Below the pieces are notes generated by a model, which saw only the letters and a list, made by a program, of their open reading frames with translations, made no database searches and was not told where the DNA came from. From positions 1 to 64,000 of the IMG/VR virus record IMGVR_UViG_3300027763_000032: a stretch of 64,000 nt of DNA. One strand, given 5' to 3'. Numbering within the stretch: position 1 is the stretch's first letter; each line of letters opens with the position of its first letter. This document shows positions 29,801 to 38,753 of this stretch, one piece after another. A program made the position numbers and the translations under genes. This DNA is from a virus.

Positions 29801-32800
29801 TATTGCTGGACTGCTTACTACTCACGCAACGGCGGACAAATTCGTTCAGTAGCAGGATCCAATGCACACGGAGAGTATGCTCTTGTTGCCGAAGGTAGTG
29901 ATCCTTTTGAAGTTCCAGACTCTTCTAACCTAGCAAATGACATGCCACAGGTGGCAAGAATTTACAAATCTGGACCTTTTGCCGCAGAGATGGCAAAAAC
30001 AAAAACAACTGTGTATATTGACACATACAGTTACTTGCCATATAACGTAAGTGAAATTGAAATCAATCACGGATATACTGTTGTTGATGGGGCTATCACT
30101 GATATCGGTATTACTAGATACGAAGTTGCAGGCATTGTTGATGCATCAGGAACATATTTCTCAACTAATCAACCAGTTGCCGCAGCCGCAACATTTAATA
30201 GCGGAACTGGAAAATATAGAGTAGAATTTAGTTTCCCTGCAAAAACTTACATTCCAGATGTTGGAAGATATTATACTATTACTGGAAACTCAAATTCTGC
30301 ATATAACAATAACTTTACAGGTTGGTTATGTGTAGCATCTACTACCAATACTATCACATTAGAATTTACTAGTGTTAATCCCGGAACATTTGGTACTGTT
30401 ACAGCTACTACTCTTAAACTAAAGAGCGGAACTATTCTTAGATTGAATTTAAACACTAGTGGTACTAACAATACTAGTTCTAGCGGGTTACAAGACGCAT
30501 TAGCAGACAACCAACTAGTTGTTATTAGACCAAATCAAAACTTTAAATTCTATAATGTTGATAACATCAGTCCAACACGACCAAGTACTGCATTAACGTT
30601 TAGAGGTGATCCATTAGATAATGCCAATGCTCCGGTATATCGTGTATTGGCATTTAATACTAAAGACCCATTAAGCAATCCAATGACGTTGACTTTCAAT
30701 ACTCTTGAAAGAGCATTTAGTGCAGGTAATGTAATCACTGTTGGTTCAACACTGCCAATTCGTCCTGGAATGAAGATTTCAATAGTAAGCGGAACAGGCA
30801 GTGTATCTGAATCAACTACTGTGGTTGCTGTTACTAGCGATACTACATTTACAGTTAGTCCTAGTCCAGCTCTTGCATTGTCAAATGCAACTATACAAGC
30901 AGTATCGCCAACACAAAATGATATCATCTTAACATTTGACTCTGGTTACAATTATATTGGACTAGTTATCGACCCTGATCATAATACATTGACCGAAGCA
31001 CAAGCAGGTATAGATGGCGGAAGTACTACTAGAACACTAGGATCTAGACAAGGCGATCAATTCTTATCTATTAGAAAAATTAATAGCGCAGACGAATTAC
31101 AACGTATACTAACCGGACAAATGTGTTTTGCATGGAACGGTCGTGTTCATAGAATTTCTAACTATCTTGTTAGGACCATTAGTAGCACCGAAGGTTACGG
31201 CATTGTACAACTTAACGAAGTCACTCTTGATGGTAGTAGATCATATCAAGACATTAGCGGATACGGTGGCACTGGTATTACCGCCCCAACAAGACCTGGT
31301 GAAGGTTACAACGTTTCTGCTGCCTTGTATAATATTGATGATCAGTTAATAACATATTCAATTAGTGGATTAGAAACTGCACCTAATGCGGCTAGATTCA
31401 CCGGTGTTATTTCTGCTACTACATTAACAGTTAGCAGTATTACGGCTGGTAGCATGTTGGTTGGGTCTACCATTACAGGTATTACTGGCACTAGTGTAAC
31501 TACTGATACTAGAATAACTGCACAACTAACTTGTTCGGCGGCGGCTATATATAGTTCAACTGCAACAGGTACTAGTGGATCATTTACTATAACATTGTCT
31601 GCAGGATCTGCTAATATTTTAGCTGGACAATTTGTTTCAGGTAATGCGGCAACTATTGCTGGACTACCAACCAATACATATGTAACCAATGTTAGTAGTA
31701 CTACTATTACATTAAGCAACGCATTAACAAGCAATATTTCTACAACTGTTTATTTCTTTACAGCAGGATTAGCAGGCACATATAGTGTAAACAACTCGCA
31801 ATCAGTTACAAGTCAATTGATGGGTGTTCATTATACTGTATATGGTAACAGCAATGCTAGTTACAATATTGCTGGGCCAATACTAAGTTCAACTTATTCG
31901 GCATTAACCATTGCGGCTGCAAAAGCAACTGTTGTTGGCTCTGTGTCAGGATTATTCTTAACTGTTAATTATCTAAGTGGTAATACAATACAACTTGGTC
32001 AAAATATTAGTGGAACTGGTTTAAGTGCAGGCACATATGTTGTAGCACAAAGTTCAGGTACACCCGGCGGTGTCGGAGTATATCAATTAAACACTGTTGC
32101 TAGTATTCTAACTCCCACATTTACCGCGGCTATTAATAACGGTAGTGGTAGTGCAGGCACTATATTAAATGTTAGCACGGTAGCTAGCGGTACAATTTTA
32201 GTTGGCGCAGATATTCAGAAAACTGGTGGGACTGGTGTAACTACTGGGACTACTATTACAGGACAGTTAACTGGTGTAACTGTAGCTACAACTACTGCTA
32301 CAGGTACTAGTGGTACTAATATTTTATCTGTAGCCTCAGTAGTAGGTATTATAGTGGGACAACTAGTAACTGGTACTGGCGTTCCTAGCGACACGTATGT
32401 TAAAGAAATTAACATGACCGGAATACAACTAGTAGGCAGTAACGGTGCAACTAGAGTATTAACACAGGCAGCAACCGGAGGTAGCTATATATTTGCCACT
32501 GCTGGGGGCCAAGGTACATACTCAGTAGATGTAAGCCAATTAGTTACATCGGGAGAGATGAAAGCATCGTTTGTAGCAATTCCAGGAATATTTGGACCTG
32601 CTAGTGCTACACGTATTTTCCCAACAGAAAAACTATATAACCCTACGTTGGTGCAAGATAATACAATTACTATCCGTACTGGTTTAAGTGCAGGCGAACC
32701 TGCAGACATTATTATTAATATTAGTACTTGCCGAGTTACCGGACATGACTTCAGTGATATCGGTACTGGTGGTTATAACCAAACTAACTATCCAAACAAA

Positions 32801-35800
32801 GTTTACGGAGTTGGCAAGGCAAAGAATCAAAAGAAAGAAGTTGCTGAACGTGGAACAGGTCGTGTATTCTGGGTTGCCACTGACCAAGACGGTTTCTTCC
32901 GTGTAGGTCGATTCTTTACAGTTGATCAGGGTACTGGTACAGTTACATTTGCGGCGTCATTGGCATTGAGTAACTTAGATGGTTTAGGATTTAAACGTGG
33001 TCGTGCTATTTCTGAGTTCTCAGACGATGATACTTTCCAAGATTTATCAGATACTAAAGTTCCAACAGAAAATGCCATTGACGGTTATATAAATCGTCGA
33101 CTAGGTATTGATCGTAACAACATTATTATCAGTGAGGGAACATTAGGAGCAGGATTCTTAGATCGTAATGGTATTCTAGAAATGAATGCCAACCTAAGAC
33201 TAGGTGGTCGCTATATTGAAAACTTAGGCGAAATTACATCAACTACCCCATTCAACTACGCTGTTACAAAACGATATGTCGATAATCAACAATTGTCAGA
33301 TGAATTTGTTGATGTCGATGGTCGTCTTAATAACGATCTATTAATATACAATAGTGATAGGATAACAGGGCCAGAATGGGTAAATGCTAGGAGTTCAAGT
33401 TTTAATAGTCAAATATATGTCGAACTGATTGCTGATAAAGAACTTGACATCCGTGTTAAACGTGAAACTATTAGTGATAGTCAAATTAAAGAAGATGCTA
33501 ATATATCACAGAATAAACTTGATCTTAATGTTGCTAATGAACAACGAGATCAAGGTGTATTGTTATCTAGCGTACAGTTGTCTAGTGGATATACAGTGGC
33601 CACTGCAGATGCACCTACAGGTAAATCGCCGCATTGGTTAGTTAAACTATCTGTAGGTGGGGACCCTACACTATTATCAAACAATATTTGGTATACAGTT
33701 TCTGGAAACAGTAACTTAAACTACAACGGTAAGTTCTTCTGTGTAAGCTCTAGTCTACGAGTTGGCGGCGCAAACGCCTATGTAATATTAGAGTATCCAG
33801 AGAATCCAGGAGTATTTGGTGGCACTACTACTACAGTAACTCCGTGGGAGACAACAATCACTAGTCAGCTAGACCATGGATTAGTTGCTGGTGATAATGT
33901 CTTAATAACTAATTCTGGTGTGGCGGCAGTCAGCGTAGATGCCAACGGTACTATCAATAGCCGTCAATTGACATTGACCGTACAAACTAGCGGCATTGGT
34001 ACAGGTCAATTGGTGACTGGTACTGGCGTACCGGCCAATACCTATGTAGCTTCTATTGATGGCGCTAATGTAACCTTAACTGAAAAGTTGACTACAACCG
34101 GTTCAGGTTCATACTCGTTCGCTAGTAACATTAATGGTAACTGGCTGGTAAAATCTGTTCCGACTACTAGTTCGTTTGTAATATCTCTCGATACAAGAAT
34201 ATCAGGCGTATTTACATTAACAACTGCACGGGCAACTAAGTTAGGCTTGTCAACATTTAACAACAGTCAATTTGCAGTTACAAATGGTTTTGCTTCTTTA
34301 GAAACGAGTTTAACTGACTCAGTAACAGCAACTATCAATGCTAACAGTAATATTGTAACTATTTCAAGTAGTGACATGACTAAAATTAACATTGGTTCTG
34401 TAATTACTATTAGATCAGGCGGTAGTTTAGTAACTGTACCAACAACTGCATTAGCTAACCCAACTGGCATCGACAACAGCGTTCAACCACGACCAATGAC
34501 TGTGACTGCCATTACTAGTGCTACTACATTTACTGTGTCAGTGGCATTTAGCGGAACTGGCTCGGCAGCAACTGCTATCTTAAATGTTATATTAGGCGTA
34601 CCACTATCTAGCATTCAACAAATTGAAACAGATAGCATTGTCGGTAATCTAAGCGGTACTAGAACTAGTCCTAATACAGTAACTACAGGACAGATTGTCA
34701 AAGCTGGTGATGGTATTAAGAACATACAGTTTAATGATGCGCTATTGGCCGATGTAGCTGTACGTGGTATTATGAGTGTGATGGCTATTGATACTAATAA
34801 CCCACACAAGAATACATATGGTGTTTGGAACGTAACTAAAACTGGTGCCGGCAATAGTGTTGTTCGTACAACCAATGAGGGTGCTATAGAAGCTACTCAA
34901 TATATCTTAGACGGACAACGAGCAATTGACAGTTCAAGTGGTGCTAATATTGATTTATATACTCCGGGACAAGCTAAATTCTTAACAGCATCAGGTAACA
35001 GTGGTGTGGCAGCACAACCAAATATTTCAATTGGTACATTTACAACTTCAGTTAATACATTTGCAACAAGAAACGATAGCGGAGCCATTCGTGTTGATTC
35101 AGTTGCTAACATGTATATAGGTCAAGAAATAGCATTAACCGGAACTCCGTTTGGTGGACTTACTGTTGGAACATACTATATTGTTTCTATAAATTCTCTT
35201 GACAGGACTTTAACGCTCAGCACTAGCGACACATTGTCTCCAGTGTTTGCAGGAACTACTGCGGCAGGATCAATGACTGTTAACGGTACTGCTATTAATC
35301 CAGGTGTACTAAATGGTCAAGTATATGTGCCAAAACTAAAAGCATACGGTACTGTAACCTTTAATCCTGTTAATGCAAATATTAGTTTACAACCTCGTTC
35401 AACAAACGGATCAGACGGTACTATTATCATTTACCCTGCTGTTAATGGTAGCATTAACAATATGGCTGTTGGTGCGTTATCAGAGTCGAGTGGTAAATTT
35501 ACCACTGTTGAAATTACCAGCGTAACTGATGCGGCAAATTCTACAACTGGTCCTTTAAAAGTTGCAGGTGGTGCGGCCATTGCCAAGAAACTATTTGTAG
35601 GAGGTAACTTTGAAGTTACGGGAGATGCGTTAGTAACTGGCAACTTAACCGTTAAGGGTGTAACTACTACTGTTAATTCAAATACAGTTAATATTGCTGA
35701 CAAGAATATTGTTCTAGCAGGCGTAACTACTTCACCAAAAATTGGCGGTGATATTGATGCTAGCGGTATTATAACAAATATGCTTGCTGAAAATGCATTG

Positions 35801-37936
35801 GCAATTACTGGTCTAATCCCAGGAATGATTGTTACTCAAGACGGAGCAACTGGTCCAACTAACAATGCATCAATAAGTGGCGGTGTTGCGACTATTGCTG
35901 AAGTGTTCAGCGCAACTAGTATACGAATTACACTATCAGCGGGAGCTATTGGTGCAGGTAAGATAATATTTACAGCGGCAGGCGGTAATGATACAACTGG
36001 TGACGGTGGTGGTATTACTGTCAAAGCGGCCGCTAATAAGACACTAATATGGGTTGCCGCAACTAACCGTTGGACAACTAATGTTGGATTTGAAACTCCG
36101 GACATTACTGTAACCAACGGGTTTGGTGCAGACACTGTTACTACTAAGATATTAAACGCAAACGATACAATAACATTAGGTAATAATACTTTTGAGATCA
36201 ATAATACTGATACGATTACTACCAATGCTTATTTTGTAGCAGGAAACCAATTAAAAACAGCCAAACTAAACGGTAATACACTATCAATGTCAGCGTGGGA
36301 CGTTGATGCAAATGGGTATGTAGATTTAGTTAAACTAACAGCGGCCAACTTGCCTAAGTTAACAATTACTTCAACAGATGTTGGTAACTTAGATAACATC
36401 GATGTCGGTATCAACACTAGAGGTAGTGGTAAGTTTACAACACTATTTGCTAACAATACTGCTACATTTGAAGCCGCAGTTACAATGACTGCTGTCAATA
36501 AAGATGTGACATTTAGCCCAACAGGTACTGGTCTTGTTAAATTAGAACCTGCGGCTTCATTAAGTTTAAAATCAACTGCATCAACTGTTACTATTTCTTC
36601 ATATAACACAGGTAATATGGATGGCGTTGCAATTGGTGTTAACAATGCCAAAGATGGTACATTTGTAAACTTAGTTGCTGGTACCTCAGCATCTTTTGGG
36701 TCTGGAGTAGGTACCGCAAGTACAAGCAAAATAACTGGTACTGTAAAAATTATAGGCGGACTTGGTGTAACTGGGGCTATCTGGGCAACAAGTATCAACG
36801 CGGCAATCACAGGTGACCTAGACGGTACTGCTGACAAGGCAAAGAAAGTACAAACTCGAGATTCAGCTGACTCAGCAAGTACTCATTATGTAACACTTGT
36901 TAATGCTAATAATCCTAATGGTACTCCAACAGACATGACTGTCTTTACTGATGGAGGAATGAGTTACGTTCCGAGTACTAATACCCTAACAGTTGACAAC
37001 GTTACAGGTACTGCTAGTAGGGCAACAAACTTAACAGGTGGCGTGTTAGGATCAATTCATTATCAATCAGCGGCAAACACATCAGCAATTTTAGCACCAA
37101 ATATCACTACAACTGCTAGATATTTAAAATCAGTCGGCGACGGTTCAAACGGCGTTGCTCCTTCTTGGACACAGATTGCATCAGCTGACATTTCAGATTT
37201 AAGTACTACTATTAGTAATGCTCTTGGATCCGGGCAAAATATTAGTGCTAATGCGGCAAGTGCTGACAAGTGGAAAACTGCACGTACAATTACATTTACT
37301 GGTGGTGCTACTGGCAGCGTATCGATAGATGGTAGTACTAACGTTAGTTGTGCATTGACATTAGGTGCGGCGGCGGCTGATACAGTAAAAGTTAAAGATG
37401 AGGGTGGTGCAAGCACTACAAGATATGTAACATTTACCAGTCAAGGCGCCGACGGTGCACAGGCTGCTATAGGCATTGACGGTGACTTAACATACAAGCC
37501 AAGTACAAATACATTAACGGCTAGTGTCTTTGCAGGTACTGCTACTACCGCCAACTATGGTGACTTAGCTGAAAAATATCTAGCAGATGCAGAATATGAA
37601 GAAGGAACAGTACTAGTGTTTGGTGGAGAACACGAAGTAACTCAAAGTACCATCTTTAACGATCGCAGAGTTGCTGGTGTTATATCGTTAAAAGCCGCAC
37701 ATACTATGAACAACTCGTTAGTAGGTGATCATGTAGCAGTTGTCGCTCTACAGGGGCGTGTGCCAGTTAAGGTCATTGGCCGTGTGCAAAAAGGCGACAT
37801 TCTAGTATCAAGTGGTAAACCAGGATATGCGATTGTTAACAACGATCCAAAAGTTGGTACCGTTATTGGTAAGTCATTAGCAGTAAAAACAACAGACGGC
37901 GAAGGCGTTGTCGAAGCTGTTGTAGGTAAACATTAA
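23807..37936 (+). CDS. giant baseplate-anchored fibre protein (~4709 aa), paralogue of 9144..19877
   Basis: Start ATG 23807 (GGAG RBS); N-terminal IGVEGNDGTGDSIREGFRKTNENF (T4 gp9/gp10-like anchor); ESGNYYEDYPIRIP beta-helix; C-terminal GDLAEKY...ALQGRVPVKV chaperone. Confidence 0.85.
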   Translation: MARKIVDIGVEGNDGTGDSIREGFRKTNENFKEIYAVFGQEGTLSFLSLGDVEAGQRENYSAIANQLPIVNNQGNGIKFKPLVGAAGLTITYPDDPADPNYNKIVLTQQRAVAELGSADAAGKFGNSVDAQGFVFGNIADPTQQNVLNWNTAFERSGQTVIGAEKFPVTLGFADNRYINKGTIPGEVADAMVGYLAVPAGASGDQVPQAAETVLKAGATMTGKLFLNDHPGDLAGAGNPIGLDDKQAATKYYVDTTAYSSKVNLYVSTSGDDSQRKTPVGKEGRAFAYAYASVVAACLKAEQLIDESPWETGPYRQLIAYGGAKYYSEITPGGIIIGGGLNGTTRIKFTNDNGSPVDQGIANNRDIIPGKLVVGRESGARGFIVKYGTIDDTDYVDLRDVTGSFAVGENLFFDQAVKRLEISIFIESGNYYEDYPIRIPRNCSILGDEFRRTVIRPADRVSRSPWAGTWFYRDLEFDNLKIAETEWGYHYLSDPTNKASTPKNNKDIDVFLCNDATIIRQISCQGHGGFMMVLDPNGQILTKSPYCQQSGCFSGSLNKQAFRGGQYVDGQAGSMPVTSVSTNVDKTEITVTDAFRIPQTPTAFFVKGKRYKIDTFTDNGLGYRGARELLLLNKEFIVAETIAYIDDVITPTFTYDSIKFSQAVGSIINAVAWDVVFDSNVQSILVAQEYYVRSNYTTFASEKTQTLVALEFVKDSLVDLLSSNATAAARASAKMDIILQILTNGVNDRAILDASSWSYNGTTITVTKSSGHGLGAGWSVKIVDATATTNAPNGTFNVASIVNANTFTYTVTNAPTGTAGGNIRFTSSPVPIRSIPNPPVDPQALPATTLGIQNSLALLIANRELIKAEYIAYIQTYYSDFLFGTIGVTGYLRDADRIVNAVIYDSIYGGTSQTVLVSKNFFDLEGKSKISTEVTQIYNALEWIRDVAKQVVTNTQITGLLQVSVPQVRGTAGTLEISTIIEDNFDSVVTAVRFGEDTLPAVSYPRIENVATSLQSAKSLLDINAGNIRSNTISFINNKYLYDVAAAQRDIRFLVDDLAHDIVYTGDLKMVEHGLGYFVGDAKLVSDPERPRTLAILDYIQDLALAIVDNVSIPNPQLTKVGSLIVGQTYKINNAGSTIWTALGSADNLHNTVFTATATGTVNATQVVLGRAYTIVSRGSPTNLTNYISMGSSSNAIGTSFIATAVGTGTGVLTQGTGDARLASGSDFYRRQFGISQTIQLISSGAGPATIVPSLTWVNTNLVNAFQKLQDDKAIIQAAVITWINGNIVSNVTNPNSIWYGFSYNSGTCSRDVGFVIDAVGYDMMFNSNFRSSKAGMAYYRGVVSAALVRSNQLPQTVASFVYLKNYLLSTVTAAAFGETANTRVGDKMDVVIDIVTNGLGAVPAFTLPNPTGFSIDYSNARRLISDNKAFIIDEITQWIAAQIVGNITPFTTQFQYDSVKCARDVGYIIDAILYDLTYGGNLETIVAANAYFVGSNTTLGADQKDKTIAAYARLKEVIGKVAQAVQVLDKNTAIAQTTAVSGGGLTTSVAFAQARVQDIIKQINITAVDSKPQLESLISTTREMVANTKPEGYVSAKNLLVANRAFIQAEVYNYLTNTYTFTITQTTNNQLVTASTAKMRVGMPVKFLGTDPFEQTILSASTPLLVDGKYVVTFEFVRQRVRPDSTKEYEIQGNANGLYNLIVPVAIVPDQSTTDTSTTSITVVYPFNPGVFDYANQTTIRVSGGTFGGVNRDAKYYVKQIVSGTNFTISETISGGTPGSVFSLDSDTGTMYCSFAFDEATCRRDTGFLVSNISTDILYGGRYNTIKSGKRYLVASSVLVVTEQSVECRAGITYIDTLAQRIINNQAPLVNYQSLNNVNPNDVVAQVIDTDFAGGSAAGPTITGLVQLVNNIILNGKIWAESFINIPDAVVYPKYVLQLNQDTPYSTDASGPLPDELVLQAAGNTSMLSNDWTQLNDLAYGLVATNNGLIETVSVFTYYCWTAYYSRNGGQIRSVAGSNAHGEYALVAEGSDPFEVPDSSNLANDMPQVARIYKSGPFAAEMAKTKTTVYIDTYSYLPYNVSEIEINHGYTVVDGAITDIGITRYEVAGIVDASGTYFSTNQPVAAAATFNSGTGKYRVEFSFPAKTYIPDVGRYYTITGNSNSAYNNNFTGWLCVASTTNTITLEFTSVNPGTFGTVTATTLKLKSGTILRLNLNTSGTNNTSSSGLQDALADNQLVVIRPNQNFKFYNVDNISPTRPSTALTFRGDPLDNANAPVYRVLAFNTKDPLSNPMTLTFNTLERAFSAGNVITVGSTLPIRPGMKISIVSGTGSVSESTTVVAVTSDTTFTVSPSPALALSNATIQAVSPTQNDIILTFDSGYNYIGLVIDPDHNTLTEAQAGIDGGSTTRTLGSRQGDQFLSIRKINSADELQRILTGQMCFAWNGRVHRISNYLVRTISSTEGYGIVQLNEVTLDGSRSYQDISGYGGTGITAPTRPGEGYNVSAALYNIDDQLITYSISGLETAPNAARFTGVISATTLTVSSITAGSMLVGSTITGITGTSVTTDTRITAQLTCSAAAIYSSTATGTSGSFTITLSAGSANILAGQFVSGNAATIAGLPTNTYVTNVSSTTITLSNALTSNISTTVYFFTAGLAGTYSVNNSQSVTSQLMGVHYTVYGNSNASYNIAGPILSSTYSALTIAAAKATVVGSVSGLFLTVNYLSGNTIQLGQNISGTGLSAGTYVVAQSSGTPGGVGVYQLNTVASILTPTFTAAINNGSGSAGTILNVSTVASGTILVGADIQKTGGTGVTTGTTITGQLTGVTVATTTATGTSGTNILSVASVVGIIVGQLVTGTGVPSDTYVKEINMTGIQLVGSNGATRVLTQAATGGSYIFATAGGQGTYSVDVSQLVTSGEMKASFVAIPGIFGPASATRIFPTEKLYNPTLVQDNTITIRTGLSAGEPADIIINISTCRVTGHDFSDIGTGGYNQTNYPNKVYGVGKAKNQKKEVAERGTGRVFWVATDQDGFFRVGRFFTVDQGTGTVTFAASLALSNLDGLGFKRGRAISEFSDDDTFQDLSDTKVPTENAIDGYINRRLGIDRNNIIISEGTLGAGFLDRNGILEMNANLRLGGRYIENLGEITSTTPFNYAVTKRYVDNQQLSDEFVDVDGRLNNDLLIYNSDRITGPEWVNARSSSFNSQIYVELIADKELDIRVKRETISDSQIKEDANISQNKLDLNVANEQRDQGVLLSSVQLSSGYTVATADAPTGKSPHWLVKLSVGGDPTLLSNNIWYTVSGNSNLNYNGKFFCVSSSLRVGGANAYVILEYPENPGVFGGTTTTVTPWETTITSQLDHGLVAGDNVLITNSGVAAVSVDANGTINSRQLTLTVQTSGIGTGQLVTGTGVPANTYVASIDGANVTLTEKLTTTGSGSYSFASNINGNWLVKSVPTTSSFVISLDTRISGVFTLTTARATKLGLSTFNNSQFAVTNGFASLETSLTDSVTATINANSNIVTISSSDMTKINIGSVITIRSGGSLVTVPTTALANPTGIDNSVQPRPMTVTAITSATTFTVSVAFSGTGSAATAILNVILGVPLSSIQQIETDSIVGNLSGTRTSPNTVTTGQIVKAGDGIKNIQFNDALLADVAVRGIMSVMAIDTNNPHKNTYGVWNVTKTGAGNSVVRTTNEGAIEATQYILDGQRAIDSSSGANIDLYTPGQAKFLTASGNSGVAAQPNISIGTFTTSVNTFATRNDSGAIRVDSVANMYIGQEIALTGTPFGGLTVGTYYIVSINSLDRTLTLSTSDTLSPVFAGTTAAGSMTVNGTAINPGVLNGQVYVPKLKAYGTVTFNPVNANISLQPRSTNGSDGTIIIYPAVNGSINNMAVGALSESSGKFTTVEITSVTDAANSTTGPLKVAGGAAIAKKLFVGGNFEVTGDALVTGNLTVKGVTTTVNSNTVNIADKNIVLAGVTTSPKIGGDIDASGIITNMLAENALAITGLIPGMIVTQDGATGPTNNASISGGVATIAEVFSATSIRITLSAGAIGAGKIIFTAAGGNDTTGDGGGITVKAAANKTLIWVAATNRWTTNVGFETPDITVTNGFGADTVTTKILNANDTITLGNNTFEINNTDTITTNAYFVAGNQLKTAKLNGNTLSMSAWDVDANGYVDLVKLTAANLPKLTITSTDVGNLDNIDVGINTRGSGKFTTLFANNTATFEAAVTMTAVNKDVTFSPTGTGLVKLEPAASLSLKSTASTVTISSYNTGNMDGVAIGVNNAKDGTFVNLVAGTSASFGSGVGTASTSKITGTVKIIGGLGVTGAIWATSINAAITGDLDGTADKAKKVQTRDSADSASTHYVTLVNANNPNGTPTDMTVFTDGGMSYVPSTNTLTVDNVTGTASRATNLTGGVLGSIHYQSAANTSAILAPNITTTARYLKSVGDGSNGVAPSWTQIASADISDLSTTISNALGSGQNISANAASADKWKTARTITFTGGATGSVSIDGSTNVSCALTLGAAAADTVKVKDEGGASTTRYVTFTSQGADGAQAAIGIDGDLTYKPSTNTLTASVFAGTATTANYGDLAEKYLADAEYEEGTVLVFGGEHEVTQSTIFNDRRVAGVISLKAAHTMNNSLVGDHVAVVALQGRVPVKVIGRVQKGDILVSSGKPGYAIVNNDPKVGTVIGKSLAVKTTDGEGVVEAVVGKH
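25766..29570 (+). repeat. six helical repeats, three with C-x-R-D (fibre 2)
   Basis: Units near 25766, 26471, 26927, 27713, 28172 and 29195; TCSRDVG, KCARDVG, TCRRDTG retain Cys; KFSQA, YLRD, AQRD do not. Confidence 0.8.
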
Positions 37937-37947
37937 AGGAAACAACT

Positions 37948-38742
37948 ATGCCAGTTCCATTTGAAATTCAAGACAATCTTGTTAACGTTGGGCAAGTTGC
38001 CAACGACGGTACAGGTGACGATCTTAGAGAAGCATTTTTAAAAATCAACGGAAACTTTCTATATCTAGGTAATAGATTGGGAACAGATCCCAGTGGTGCT
38101 AACGTAGGCACTACCGGAGAATCAGTTTTTAAAGAAGTTGTAGATTTTCAATATCGATTTAGAAAGATTGATGCTGACGGTAATCTACGTGTAAGACTTG
38201 TAGGCGATGTTGTTACCTTAGACTTTAGACCTAATGGTGCTGTTAACTTCCAGGGACAGGCTATTACTAATGCTGGCGCTGTAACTGCTACAAGTTTTAC
38301 AGGACCGTTAACTGGTAATGTTACAGGAACAGTAACCGGCAATGCTGGATCTGTTACAAACGGCGTTTACACTACGGGCGACCAAACAATAGGCGGGGTT
38401 AAGACATTTACTAGCACAATTACTGGAAGTGTTACTGGCAATGCAGGTACGGTTACTAATGGTGTTTATACCCAAGGCAATCAAACAATTGACGGATTTA
38501 AAACATTTACACAACCTATAACAGGGCTACTATCCGGTAACGTAACCGGTTTAATTAGAAGCCCTAACCAAACTGCTTACGTGGATGTAAGTAACCTAGA
38601 AAGACGAATAAATACATTCGACTACGGAGTTATCAATCCAGTGTTTGTGGATCCTATAAGCTACTATTTGTATGCAGTAGGAACAGATATGGGCACATTC
38701 AATAACCCTAGCGACTTTGGCATAGACGCTGGAACTATATAA
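37948..38742 (+). CDS. baseplate/fibre protein with gp9/gp10-like N-terminus
   Basis: VNVGQVANDGTGDDLREAFLKINGNF; duplicated TGNAG.VTNGVYT.G.QTI.G.KTFT. Confidence 0.8.
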   Translation: MPVPFEIQDNLVNVGQVANDGTGDDLREAFLKINGNFLYLGNRLGTDPSGANVGTTGESVFKEVVDFQYRFRKIDADGNLRVRLVGDVVTLDFRPNGAVNFQGQAITNAGAVTATSFTGPLTGNVTGTVTGNAGSVTNGVYTTGDQTIGGVKTFTSTITGSVTGNAGTVTNGVYTQGNQTIDGFKTFTQPITGLLSGNVTGLIRSPNQTAYVDVSNLERRINTFDYGVINPVFVDPISYYLYAVGTDMGTFNNPSDFGIDAGTI

Positions 38743-38753
38743 CGGAGAATAAA

